Below, piece after piece: positions 1-9,075 of a stretch of DNA of 64,000 nt; within the stretch, counting starts at the first letter, position 1, and each line of letters starts with the position of its first letter. The notes beneath the pieces are model-generated. The model searched no databases. It was not told the origin of the DNA and saw only the letters and a list, made by a program, of their open reading frames with translations. Location of the stretch: contig JBDRPX010000030.1 of assembly GCA_043826565.1 (NCBI GenBank), positions 21,660-85,659 on the forward strand, in the 5' to 3' direction. Position numbers and translations under genes: made by a program. The DNA comes from Candidatus Omnitrophota bacterium (GTDB taxonomy: Bacteria; Omnitrophota; Gorgyraeia; B26-G9).

Positions 1-1209
1 CCAGCCCTCCTTCCGGAGAAAAAGCATTTTTTACCGTACGTAAAACATAGCCGTCCGGTTTAGGAGATTTCTTTACATAATCACCTAAAGTTCCGTAGAT
101 AGTCTTAGTTTTAAGATTCAATGATGTCTTCCCTCCGTCATAAACAGATCTTAAGATTGCACCCATGCCGCCGATCTTATGCACATGTTCTAAATGGATC
201 TCCGGACGTGAAGGAGCGATCTTTATTACATTAGCCGTTGTTCTGGAAAGTTGATTTAAACGCGTTAGATCATACTTTATTCCCGCTTCATGAGCCAATG
301 CCAGGACATGAAGCACGGTATTAGTTGAGCCCCCCATGGCCATATCCAGAATAAACGCATTATCAATAGAATCTTTAGTTAAAATATCTAAAGGCCGAAT
401 ATTATTTTTCTGCAGTTGGACAATTTTTTTCGCGGCCTGCTTAAACAATTCAATACGTTTAGGATTTAACTTGAACTGTCTGGTCTGTCCTTTTACCCGG
501 CTTGTTGCCGGAATCGTCCCATTGCCGGGCAAAGCAAAGCCTAAGACTTCTCCCAGACAATTCATGGAATTTGCCGTAAACATTCCGGAACAGCTTCCAT
601 ATCCCGGACAGGCAGACTCGGTTAATTGTTCGAGTTTCTTACGGGACATTTTTCCCACGCTATTTTCTCCCACCCCTTCAAAAACCGAAATAAGATCTGT
701 GTTGCCGCAGCCGGCAAGCATTGGCCCGCCGCTGACATACATCGCCGGGATATTTATTCTCACCATAGCATTATACATAGCCGGAACAATCTTATCGCAG
801 TTACCAATCCCGATCCAGGCATCACAAGGATGCGCTCCCATAATCGTCTCTATCTGATCGCAAATCAATTCCCGGGAGGCTAAAGAATATTTCATGCCGA
901 AATGCCCCATGGCAATACCGTCACAAACCGCGGCTCCGATATTGGTATACCAGACATTTACGCCTTGTTTTTCCAGCTCTTTTTTTAAAATAGCTCCCAA
1001 TTGATCTAAGTGCGCATGTCCCGGAATCTGTGTTGTATATGAATTAACTATCGTAATAAAAGGTTTTTTAAGATCCTTAAGGTTTTTCATAACCCCTTCG
1101 GCGAGCATCAAAGATACATTCGGCAGCATATGATTGCCTTCTCTAAATACGCCACTGCCCTTTTTCCTGACATTCTCAATCCCCGGATTAACTGCCTTTC
1201 CCTTCATTT
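1..1209 (-). CDS. ilvD: Dihydroxy-acid dehydratase, N-terminal 403 aa; 3' end runs off the window start
   Basis: Minus-strand translation from ATG at 1207-1209 (RBS AAGGAG about 7 nt upstream) stays open to position 1. It contains PFITIVNSY...PGHAHL, VCDGIAMGH, and the hallmark CPGYGSCSGMFTANSMNC motif of the IlvD/EDD family. The six-frame track omits it because no stop lies inside the window. Confidence 0.85.
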
Positions 1210-1218
1210 CTAGTCTCC

Positions 1219-1240
1219 TTAATTTGCGTTAGCAAATTAA
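1219..1240. promoter_or_regulatory. Perfect palindrome TTAATTTGC-gtta-GCAAATTAA directly upstream of the ilvD RBS; candidate operator
   Basis: A 9-bp inverted repeat with a 4-nt spacer is read directly from the sequence, 10-30 nt upstream of the ilvD start codon. Confidence 0.25.
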
Positions 1241-1340
1241 CCTCGAACCCGCCAAAGTGAGAGGTCTTTGCCTTTGAATATTATATCGCCACAATAATTA
1301 AATACCAAGGAAAATTTAGGTCATTCTTATTTAGTGTATC

Positions 1341-1381
1341 TATGTAATCTGGTTTTTAATCACTGCAATCAGGTTCTTTCA
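1341..1381 (+). promoter_or_regulatory. Copy A of the tripartite motif GTAATC-N6-TTAATC-N5-AATCAGGTTCTTTCA, in the divergent region between ilvD and gene 1497
   Basis: Sequence tatGTAATCtggtttTTAATCactgcAATCAGGTTCTTTCA. It shares an identical 15-mer (AATCAGGTTCTTTCA) with the copy upstream of wza, and the tripartite core with copies at 2710 and 12307. Confidence 0.4.
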
Positions 1382-1496
1382 AGTTTACAAAAAACAAGAA
1401 AGAACCAAAAAATTTGCAAAGTTGAAAATTGTATGGTATATTTTAAAATCTTTTTAAAACAGTTAATTTATCTGATTTTCAAATGGGGGCCTGGAG

Positions 1497-2216
1497 ATGA
1501 AAAATTTATTAATTACAGCCATAATATTAATTGTCATTTCAACGGGAAACATCACACAGGCAGCAGAGCTTAATACCGATACAAACAATAGCGTTATACC
1601 TTTTTTTGCACAGTCTTTAGAAGCTGTCTATTGCTCAGTAGCCTTACATGAATTAGGCCATTACACAGAAGCTCAGCAGATAAGTATCGCTCCCAGAATA
1701 AAACTCGGATTTATCCGCTCCAAAGCAAAAAACGGCAGTTCTTCCTATTACCTGGGGAAAACTTCCTATGAAAAATACCCGGACAAGCCGCAAGTCCGGG
1801 CAAAATTAGCGCTAGCCGGACTAGAATCCAGCGGGTTTACCTATGAAACACTTAATCAAAAAGTTAAAGACGGACAAATTAACGACCGGTTCAGCAGCAT
1901 GCTCGCGCTTGTATGTAAAAATGACTTCCCCAGTTACGCCCTGCTGCATAAGCTAAAACAAACACCTGATCCCAGCAATGATATTGAAAATTATATCCAG
2001 AACTCCGGAGCGGATAAAAATTTTGTTTATACCGCGGCTGTTTTGGATATCCTTTTTAATATACGGGAAATCGCCTTTCATACAAAAAGAATTTTTGGAC
2101 ACTCCGCTGAATTTCCCGAAGAAAAAGAATTATTAGGATTCCGGACAAAACCCACAGTATTTGTAAAAAGAAACATGGGTATCGCCATCGGCGTAAACTT
2201 GAAAAAAACCTGGTAA
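1497..2216 (+). CDS. Hypothetical secreted protein with an N-terminal signal peptide; the only plus-strand gene in the window
   Basis: ORF of 239 aa with N-terminal MKNLLITAIILIVISTGNITQA (signal-peptide-like). No recognisable catalytic motif. Confidence 0.45.
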   Translation: MKNLLITAIILIVISTGNITQAAELNTDTNNSVIPFFAQSLEAVYCSVALHELGHYTEAQQISIAPRIKLGFIRSKAKNGSSSYYLGKTSYEKYPDKPQVRAKLALAGLESSGFTYETLNQKVKDGQINDRFSSMLALVCKNDFPSYALLHKLKQTPDPSNDIENYIQNSGADKNFVYTAAVLDILFNIREIAFHTKRIFGHSAEFPEEKELLGFRTKPTVFVKRNMGIAIGVNLKKTW

Positions 2217-2247
2217 GAATCCGGACACAATCCCTAAAACCAAATTC

Positions 2248-2625
2248 TCAATTATCTATTGATCTTTCGCCTTGCTTCTTTTTTAAATAGGCTTCTAACT
2301 CATCCGGAGTAGAAAACATCACATCATAAAATTTTCCGTGAAGTTCACACGCCGGCGGATTATGTTTACGGCATTTATCCGGACGGTTTTCATAGATGGA
2401 ACAACGGCTCTCCGGAGTCAAATATATACATTTTCCTGCTACCCATTGATACCAGCGGCGGTGGCGGATATATACCTTCACTGTATCAAAATGAAGCTGC
2501 CATTTCAAGTCATCTAATTCCTGCCGGTTCGCCGGCCGGCCGATTTGCAGGGCAAGATTATTACAGCATATTGCCGGACAATCATTACAGCCTTTTATTG
2601 TTGTTTTGCCTTTTTTAGAACTCAT
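2248..2625 (-). CDS. YkgJ/UPF0153-family zinc- or iron-chelating CxxCxxCC protein
   Basis: N-terminal CNDCPAICC (CxxCxxCC) plus additional conserved Cys, 125 aa. This is the typical size and motif of the putative Fe-S/zinc cluster family PF03692. Confidence 0.55.
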   Translation of the reverse strand: MSSKKGKTTIKGCNDCPAICCNNLALQIGRPANRQELDDLKWQLHFDTVKVYIRHRRWYQWVAGKCIYLTPESRCSIYENRPDKCRKHNPPACELHGKFYDVMFSTPDELEAYLKKKQGERSIDN

Positions 2626-2653
2626 TTAATTGACTCCTGCTCAACTTTGTAAA

Positions 2654-2689
2654 ATACCCTCTATGATCTGCTTATATCATAGAGGGTAT
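2654..2689 (-). promoter_or_regulatory. 14-bp perfect stem-loop (ATACCCTCTATGAT / ATCATAGAGGGTAT, 8-nt loop) in the leader of the ykgJ-like gene, between motif copy B and the start codon
   Basis: Read directly from the sequence. On the minus strand it is followed by TTTTAC, a weak U-tract. It could be an attenuator or leader structure, or the terminator of the upstream RRM gene. Confidence 0.3.
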
Positions 2690-2709
2690 CTATATTAAAC
2701 TTAGACAAT

Positions 2710-2743
2710 CACTGTAATCTGCTTTTTAATCATTGTAATCAGG
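2710..2743 (+). promoter_or_regulatory. Copy B of the tripartite GTAATC/TAATC/AATCAGG motif
   Basis: cactGTAATCtgctttTTAATCattgtAATCAGG, nearly identical to copy A. It lies 84 nt upstream of the ykgJ-like start, in inverted orientation relative to that gene. Confidence 0.4.
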
Positions 2744-2783
2744 GGCATTATCTAATTTTTCAACCTAAATAAGAATGTCCCCA

Positions 2784-3116
2784 TTACCAGCGTTTTGGCT
2801 GACGATCCTGTCCGCCTCTAAATCCGCCGCCGCTACTGCCGCCGCCAGTAGAATTATCACGTTTTCTGGCCTGACTTACTTTTAAAGCACGGCCGTTTAT
2901 CTGCTGGCCATTAAGCATTTCTATGGCCTGATCAGGGTTTGCATCTGAAGCGAGTTCCACAAACCCGAACCCTTTGGATCTGTCGGTATACTTGTCTTTT
3001 ATAATACGCACTGATTGCGCGGTAACACCTTTTTCAGAACAAAAACTGCTTAATTCATCTTCGGTTAAAGTATAATCCAGATTTCCTACATATAATTTAT
3101 TACCTTCGTCACTCAT
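2784..3116 (-). CDS. RRM-type RNA-binding protein with a glycine-rich C-terminal tail
   Basis: RNP-2 LYVGNL and RNP-1 KGFGFVEL motifs, with a C-terminal GGGSSGGGFRGG tail. Confidence 0.8.
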   Translation of the reverse strand: MSDEGNKLYVGNLDYTLTEDELSSFCSEKGVTAQSVRIIKDKYTDRSKGFGFVELASDANPDQAIEMLNGQQINGRALKVSQARKRDNSTGGGSSGGGFRGGQDRQPKRW

Positions 3117-3144
3117 CGTATCCCTTTCTAATGTCCCGGCCGAA

Positions 3145-3333
3145 TTAACCGTTTTGTTTGTTCCGTATTGTGCGTTTACGCTTCATGGCATCCTGGCGTT
3201 TTTGAATCGACGGTTTTGTATAGTGACGTCTTTCCTTAACTGCCTGCAAAATACCTTCTTTTTTACAGCGTAATTTAAAAAATCGTATTGCTTTCTCCAG
3301 ATCATCTTTATTGTGTACAGTAACTTGTGCCAT
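3145..3333 (-). CDS. rpsU: 30S ribosomal protein S21
   Basis: 62 aa, basic. AIRFFKLRCKKEGILQAVKERRHYTKPS matches the S21 core (RRFKRSCEKAGVL...RREFYEKP). Confidence 0.85.
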   Translation of the reverse strand: MAQVTVHNKDDLEKAIRFFKLRCKKEGILQAVKERRHYTKPSIQKRQDAMKRKRTIRNKQNG

Positions 3334-3345
3334 AACATTCTCCTT

Positions 3346-3867
3346 TTATATGATTTCTACCACCGTAACTTCAAAATGCAATTCTTTACCGGCAAGCGGA
3401 TGATTGAAGTTCAAAACTACGGAACCTTCGCTTACCTTATCAATAACCGCAGGGTATGACCCGCCTTCAGGGGTACCCACGGAAATCATTTGTCCTTCTT
3501 TTAAAGGAATATTTTCCGGAAATTCAGCCTTGGGAACTTCCTTAAAGGCATCCGGCTTGACTTCTCCGTAAGCTTCCGCAGCAGCAACAACAACCGATTT
3601 ATGATCGCCAACTTTTAAGCCTTCCATCTGCTTCTCTAATCCCTTAATGATTTTGCCTTCTCCCTGCACATATTCAAGAGGGCCAGTGTTCTGGGAACTG
3701 TCTACTTTCTGCCCATCAACTGTAAGAACATAATCAAATTTTACTGTTTTTCCAGCTGCAATCATTTTTTGCTCCTCCTTAACTTCTGTCCCGGCATATA
3801 CCGGCGTAGTCATAGCAAAACTGCAAAGTATTATACCAGAGCAGAAAATACTTATTAATCGTCTCAT
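3346..3867 (-). CDS. FKBP-type peptidyl-prolyl cis-trans isomerase (SlyD/FkpA-like), secreted
   Basis: Signal peptide, then an FKBP core (KFDYVLTVDGQKVDSS...PLEYVQGEGKIIKGLE...VLNFNHPLAGKELHFEVTVVEI). Confidence 0.7.
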   Translation of the reverse strand: MRRLISIFCSGIILCSFAMTTPVYAGTEVKEEQKMIAAGKTVKFDYVLTVDGQKVDSSQNTGPLEYVQGEGKIIKGLEKQMEGLKVGDHKSVVVAAAEAYGEVKPDAFKEVPKAEFPENIPLKEGQMISVGTPEGGSYPAVIDKVSEGSVVLNFNHPLAGKELHFEVTVVEII

Positions 3868-3993
3868 TTTATTTTTCTATCCCCCCTTCAAGCTGAAGCT
3901 GCCGGACAAATCCCCTTAAGCCCCATTATTGCTTGTACTTAGTAGCTGTTTATTATGTACTACGATAACCTGTTTGTCAAAGGATAATATAAT

Positions 3994-4022
3994 ATTATAT
4001 CCCAAAAACAGCATTAATACAA
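3994..4022 (-). promoter_or_regulatory. Sigma70-like promoter candidate for the FKBP gene (-35 TTGTAT, 17-nt spacer, -10 TATAAT)
   Basis: On the minus strand: TTGTAT(4022-4017)-17 nt-TATAAT(3999-3994). Only a pattern match; the promoter consensus of this organism is unknown. Confidence 0.2.
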
Positions 4023-4042
4023 ATTTACCTGATAAGTTTATT

Positions 4043-7000
4043 TTATTCAGTCTTGCTATAATCCATCTGAGCAAGATACTGATACCTCTTAAACCGGGCT
4101 TTTACTTCCGCCTGGGATAAATCAAGCAGCATTTTCGCGCGTTCCGGGTTCATCAACTTAAGAGCTTTAAACCGATTTTCCTGATAGATATACTCCTCTA
4201 ACGGAATCGTCGGTTCCTTACTATCAAGCTGCAGCGGATTTTTACCTTCTTTTTCCAGGTCTGGATTAAATCTCAGCAATACCCAGTATCCGGAGTCAAC
4301 CGCCCGCTTCTGAGCATCTATGCCTTTGGTCATATTAATTCCATGCGCGATACAATGTGTATACGCAATAATAATCGAAGGGCCGTCATAAGCCTCAGCT
4401 TCCATAAAAGCTTTCTGAACCTGGGCTGGATTAGCGCCCATGGCAATGCGCGCGACATAAACATTCCCATAAGTCATGGCCAAATAAGCCAGATCTTTTT
4501 TAAATAACGGTTTTCCCGCGGCCGCGAATTTAGCAATCGCTCCCATGGGCGTAGCTTTAGACATCTGTCCCCCGGTATTTGAATAAACTTCGGTATCCAA
4601 AACCAAAACATTAACGTTCTTGCCCGAAGCTAAAACATGATCAAGCCCGCCGTATCCGATATCATAAGCCCATCCGTCACCCCCAAGTATCCAAACGCTT
4701 TTTGCTACTAAATATTCCAATATCCCCAACAGCTCTTTTATTTTTGGATTGGCTGCTTTTGCTTCTAAAACTTTTTTTACTTTTGCTACCCGGTCTCTCT
4801 GCTCTTCAATCTGCAGTTGGGTTTTCTGTTCCGCGCTAAGTATATCACTACAATCCTGAGTACATTCCGGACACAATTTCGCGTCATTAATCTCTTTAAG
4901 CAAAGCCCGCGCTCTTTCGCTAAGCTGATCAACTGCCAGCCTCATCCCAAAACCAAACTCAGCATTATCTTCAAATAAAGAGTTTGACCAAGCCGGGCCT
5001 TTACCATCTTCACGTGTACAATATGGTGTCGTCGGCAAATTCCCGCCGTAAATCGAAGAACATCCCGTAGCATTAGCGATCATCGCGCGATCACCAAAAA
5101 GCTGGGTCATAAGTTTTACATAAGGAGTTTCGCCGCAGCCGGCGCAAGCTCCGGAGAACTCAAACAACGGACGCATTAACTGCGCGCCTTTTACCGTATT
5201 CAGGCCAATCGGTAAATCCTTAACTTTCATATCCGGGATGGACAGGAAAAATTCAAAATTTTTCTTTTCCGAATCACGCAGTTCAACCTGAGAGGCCATG
5301 TTAATCGCTTTTTTACCTGTCGGCTGTTTACTCTCATCTTTTTCAAAAGCCGGACACTTATTCACACAGGCGCCGCAGCCGGTACAATCTTCCGGAGCAA
5401 CCTGTAAAGTAAATGATTTACGCTCTAAACCTTTACCACTAGCCGGGATGGACTTGAAAGTTTCCGGTGCTTTTTTAACTAAATCAGAATCATATATTTT
5501 CATCCGGATAACTCCATGCGGACACACAAAACTGCACTGCCCGCACTGAATACAAACTTCCGGGATCCATTCCGGGATCTGCACGGCAATATTCCGTTTT
5601 TCATATTGCGATGTAGCTGTCGGCCAGGTTCCGTCAATCGGAAATGCCGAGACCGGCAGTTCATCACCGCGGCCGGCAATAATCGATGCCGTAACATTTT
5701 TCACAAATTCCGGAGCATTATCCGGCACAATAGCCGGAATAGTAATTATACTGGTTACTTTCTCCGGAACCGCAACCTGTTCGATCGCGGCAAGTCCGGC
5801 ATCCACAGCCTTATTGTTCATATCCACAACTTTTTCACCTTTATCACCATAGGTTTTCTTGATCGCGGTCTTAATCGCTTCTACTGCTTTTTCCACCGGG
5901 ATAATGTTGCTGATCTTAAAGAACGCGGTCTGCATAATCACATTGATTCTTGCTCCCAAACCGATCTTTTCCGCAAGTTCATAGGCCTGGATAACATAGA
6001 ATTTCAGTTTTTTCGCGATGATTTGCTTCTGCACTTCCTGCGGGATCTTGTCCCAAACTTCATCCTTGCCGTAAGGACTGGCTAAAAGAAATGTTGCCCC
6101 TTGGTCAGCTCCGGAAAGCATATCATATTTTTCTAAAAAACTAAAGTTATGACACGCGACAAAATTAGCTCTCTGAATCAAGTAGGTACTGTTGATCGGC
6201 TTTTTACCGAATCTTAAATGCGATACTGTTCTTGAACCGGCTTTTTTAGAGTCATAAACAAAATAACCCTGCACAAAATTATCCGTCAGATCACCGATTA
6301 TTTTAATTGAGTTTTTATTCGCTCCCACGGTGCCGTCCGAACCTAATCCGTAAAAAACTCCCCGGAATGTTTCCGGGTCTTCCGCGGAAAAACAATCATC
6401 AGTCACAATGCTGGTATTGGTCACATCATCATTAATTCCGACAGTAAAATGATTTTTCGGCTTTGGCTGTGCCAGATTATCGAATATTGCCTTAACCATG
6501 CAGGCATTAAACTCTTTTGAACCTAATCCATATCTTCCACCGATAATCTTAGGCCATTCTTTAAATTTAGCTATTCCGCTTTCTAATGCCTCTCCGATCG
6601 CCGAACGTACATCCAGATATAAAGGCTCACCGATCGCCCCCGGCTCTTTAGTCCTATCCAAAACCGCGATCTTTTTTGTTGTCTGCGGAAGAGCTTTAGC
6701 AAAATGTTCTACAGAAAACGGACGGTATAATTTAATTTTCACCACTCCGACTTTCTCGCCGTTTTTATTCAACTGTTTAACTGTTTCCTCTACCGGGCCG
6801 GCTCCGGAGCCCATGATCACAATAATATTTTCCGCCTGAGGATCTCCGACATATTCAAAAAGCTTATACTGACGGCCGGCCTGCTTGGCAAAACGGTCCA
6901 TAACATCCTGCACAATACCGGCAGCCTTATCATAATATTGGTTAACCGTTTCTCTTTCCTGAAAAAAAACATCCGGGTTCTGTGAAGTTCCTTTAATCGT

Positions 7001-7639
7001 CGGGCAATCCGGAGTAAGCGCTCTTTTTCTATGCGCGTAAACAAATTCATCCTTAATAACCGCTCTCATATCATCAAAGCTTAATTCTTCAATCTTTTGA
7101 ATTTCATGAGAAGTCCGAAACCCGTCATAAGTCATAATAAAAGGAATGCGCGATTCCAATGTCGCGGCCTGAGCAATTAAGCTGATATCCATTACTTCCT
7201 GAACATTTTCCCCGAATAATATCGCAAATCCCGTAGACCGCGCCGCCATAATATCCGAATGATCACAGAAAATTGATAAGGCATGCGAAGCCAAAGTACG
7301 CGCAGTCACATAAAATACCGTGGGGGTTAATTCCCCGGCAATTTTAAACATATTCGGAATCATTAACAGCAATCCCTGCGACGCGGTAAAAGTCGTGGTC
7401 AGGCTGCCCGCGCTTAAAGCCCCGTGCACCGCCCCGGAAGCCCCGCCTTCGGACTGTAATTCCGATACACTCGGGATCTGTCCCCATATATTTTTTTCCT
7501 TATTGGCAGACTTCTCATCAGCCATTTCTCCAACTCCGGAAGAAGGAGTAATCGGATATATCGCGATAACTTCATTAGTCGCATGAGCCACATATGCCGC
7601 AGCCGTATTTCCGTCAATCGCAATTTTTCTTCGTGCCAT
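4043..7639 (-). CDS. nifJ: Pyruvate:ferredoxin (flavodoxin) oxidoreductase, single-chain PFOR
   Basis: 1198 aa. Canonical N-terminus MARRKIAIDGNTAAAYVAHATNEVIAIYPITPSS, a two-[4Fe-4S] ferredoxin domain (CIQCGQCSFVCPHG, CTGCGACVNKCP), and a TPP domain (GGDGWAYDIGYGGLDHV...). Confidence 0.9.
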   Translation of the reverse strand: MARRKIAIDGNTAAAYVAHATNEVIAIYPITPSSGVGEMADEKSANKEKNIWGQIPSVSELQSEGGASGAVHGALSAGSLTTTFTASQGLLLMIPNMFKIAGELTPTVFYVTARTLASHALSIFCDHSDIMAARSTGFAILFGENVQEVMDISLIAQAATLESRIPFIMTYDGFRTSHEIQKIEELSFDDMRAVIKDEFVYAHRKRALTPDCPTIKGTSQNPDVFFQERETVNQYYDKAAGIVQDVMDRFAKQAGRQYKLFEYVGDPQAENIIVIMGSGAGPVEETVKQLNKNGEKVGVVKIKLYRPFSVEHFAKALPQTTKKIAVLDRTKEPGAIGEPLYLDVRSAIGEALESGIAKFKEWPKIIGGRYGLGSKEFNACMVKAIFDNLAQPKPKNHFTVGINDDVTNTSIVTDDCFSAEDPETFRGVFYGLGSDGTVGANKNSIKIIGDLTDNFVQGYFVYDSKKAGSRTVSHLRFGKKPINSTYLIQRANFVACHNFSFLEKYDMLSGADQGATFLLASPYGKDEVWDKIPQEVQKQIIAKKLKFYVIQAYELAEKIGLGARINVIMQTAFFKISNIIPVEKAVEAIKTAIKKTYGDKGEKVVDMNNKAVDAGLAAIEQVAVPEKVTSIITIPAIVPDNAPEFVKNVTASIIAGRGDELPVSAFPIDGTWPTATSQYEKRNIAVQIPEWIPEVCIQCGQCSFVCPHGVIRMKIYDSDLVKKAPETFKSIPASGKGLERKSFTLQVAPEDCTGCGACVNKCPAFEKDESKQPTGKKAINMASQVELRDSEKKNFEFFLSIPDMKVKDLPIGLNTVKGAQLMRPLFEFSGACAGCGETPYVKLMTQLFGDRAMIANATGCSSIYGGNLPTTPYCTREDGKGPAWSNSLFEDNAEFGFGMRLAVDQLSERARALLKEINDAKLCPECTQDCSDILSAEQKTQLQIEEQRDRVAKVKKVLEAKAANPKIKELLGILEYLVAKSVWILGGDGWAYDIGYGGLDHVLASGKNVNVLVLDTEVYSNTGGQMSKATPMGAIAKFAAAGKPLFKKDLAYLAMTYGNVYVARIAMGANPAQVQKAFMEAEAYDGPSIIIAYTHCIAHGINMTKGIDAQKRAVDSGYWVLLRFNPDLEKEGKNPLQLDSKEPTIPLEEYIYQENRFKALKLMNPERAKMLLDLSQAEVKARFKRYQYLAQMDYSKTE

Positions 7640-8135
7640 TTTTTCCTCCTTAATGAAACCATTATTTATGGAACATCGTGATTATAAATATACTGGTTGA
7701 ATTAAGCCTCGCCATATTTTTGGCGGGCAAATTATTATCCTAAAACAGTACAAAGGAATCCTATTTATGGATTCCTTTTTCAAACGAAAATTGCCCCTCC
7801 TGGGCTAAAGGGCAGCTCGAATAAAGACAAAAGCCCCCCCCCTTTTAGAACTAGAAGATTATTATAGCAAATTCAAAAGGTAAAATCAAGGAGATTTTAT
7901 AAATTAAGCACTTCTGTCTACCGGTTAGGGTTAGGAAACCCGTATCGGTTTAGGTTCTCCGGTTACGGCTAAAAAGCCGAAAAACTTTACCGTAAAACGA
8001 TACGGGCATCGTTACCGTTAAACGATAAACGGAGAATAAAGTCTGTCAACTTAAATACACTGAATATACTCTTATAAATAGTACAGTTAGATTACTTAAT
8101 TTTAAAATAGCCGGACACTAGTGATAAATTAGGCA

Positions 8136-9050
8136 TTATTCCTCGGCAAAGGTAATATCATAAGGTTCCGGACGGCCCAAATTCTTACTCAGGTTATTAA
8201 CTTCCCGTTTTAACTCGATCATTCTTGTTTCCCGGCCCACAGACATAGACTTAAACAATTGCAGGTCATCTAAGGTATTTTTCATCTTTTCTTCAGCTGA
8301 TTTACGATCCGTAATCTCAATCCCCATGCCCACAAGATATGCCTGCCCCTTGATTTCGGCAATTAATCCGGTAAAATAATAAGCTATTTTTTTCCCTTGT
8401 TTTGTTGTGAAAAAAGCTTCCACCTCCGCTTTGCCTTCATCAAAAACCTTCTGCACAGCTACGACGACCCGCTCCCTATCTTCCCCTTCAAAAAAATCAG
8501 CCGGACTCATATCTTTGAGATCTTCAATCGAATATCCGGATACTACCATAAAATTATCATTCCACTGCAATAATTTACCCTGACTATCAAATAGATAAAA
8601 AACCCCGGGCAGACTATTGACCAGAGCTTTGGAGAAATTTTTTTCATCAATAAGCGCCTGTTCTGCTTTTTTGTGATCAGAAATATCTTCCCCGGAACTG
8701 AGAACCCCGGAAATATTTCCCGCATTATCTCTTAACAAACTATTATGCCAGGCAATAACCCTTTCTTCTCCCGATTTTGTTAATATCGAATTCTCATAAT
8801 ACTCGACCGGCTCTATTTCTCCACACATTAACTTTGCAAAAACTTCTTTTACCGTACCCTTTATATTTTTCGGCACGCAAATATCAAACCAGTTTTCCCC
8901 CACAATTTCATCCTCTTTATAACCTAATACTGCACAACCTTTTTTATTTATCCGGACAACCCCTCCCTGATCATTAAGGACAACTAATATTGTCCCCGCC
9001 ATCTGAAAATACTGTTCTGCTAAAGACGTTCTTTCTTTATCACTTTTCAT
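8136..9050 (-). CDS. Tandem PAS-domain sensory-box protein with no recognisable output domain
   Basis: Two PAS-like segments (ILVVLNDQGGVVRINKKGCAVLGY...; GVFYLFDSQGKLLQWNDNFMVVSGY...). It follows the radical SAM and TPR genes at 26-nt spacing, so is probably co-transcribed. Confidence 0.55.
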   Translation of the reverse strand: MKSDKERTSLAEQYFQMAGTILVVLNDQGGVVRINKKGCAVLGYKEDEIVGENWFDICVPKNIKGTVKEVFAKLMCGEIEPVEYYENSILTKSGEERVIAWHNSLLRDNAGNISGVLSSGEDISDHKKAEQALIDEKNFSKALVNSLPGVFYLFDSQGKLLQWNDNFMVVSGYSIEDLKDMSPADFFEGEDRERVVVAVQKVFDEGKAEVEAFFTTKQGKKIAYYFTGLIAEIKGQAYLVGMGIEITDRKSAEEKMKNTLDDLQLFKSMSVGRETRMIELKREVNNLSKNLGRPEPYDITFAEE

Positions 9051-9075
9051 AATTCACCCCTTAAGGTTAAACTGG

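Noticed and set aside
336-883. Plus-strand ORFs 336..857 and 626..883 listed in the six-frame track
   Set aside because: They lie antisense within the well-supported minus-strand ilvD reading frame. They have no motifs and are low-complexity, so they are spurious antisense ORFs.
5298-6085. Plus-strand ORFs (83-189 aa) inside the PFOR gene and similar antisense ORFs inside other large genes (e.g. 17135..17808, 57094..57941, 62114..62570)
   Set aside because: All are embedded antisense to long genes with strong homology-like motifs. None has a recognisable domain or RBS.
7752-7850. Hairpin AAGGAATCC-tatttat-GGATTCCTT with following T-run, and AAAAG-C8-CTTTT, in the PFOR upstream region as plus-strand terminators
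   Set aside because: No plus-strand gene precedes them. They may be bidirectional or incidental secondary structures in a long AT-rich leader. The evidence is insufficient to call them.
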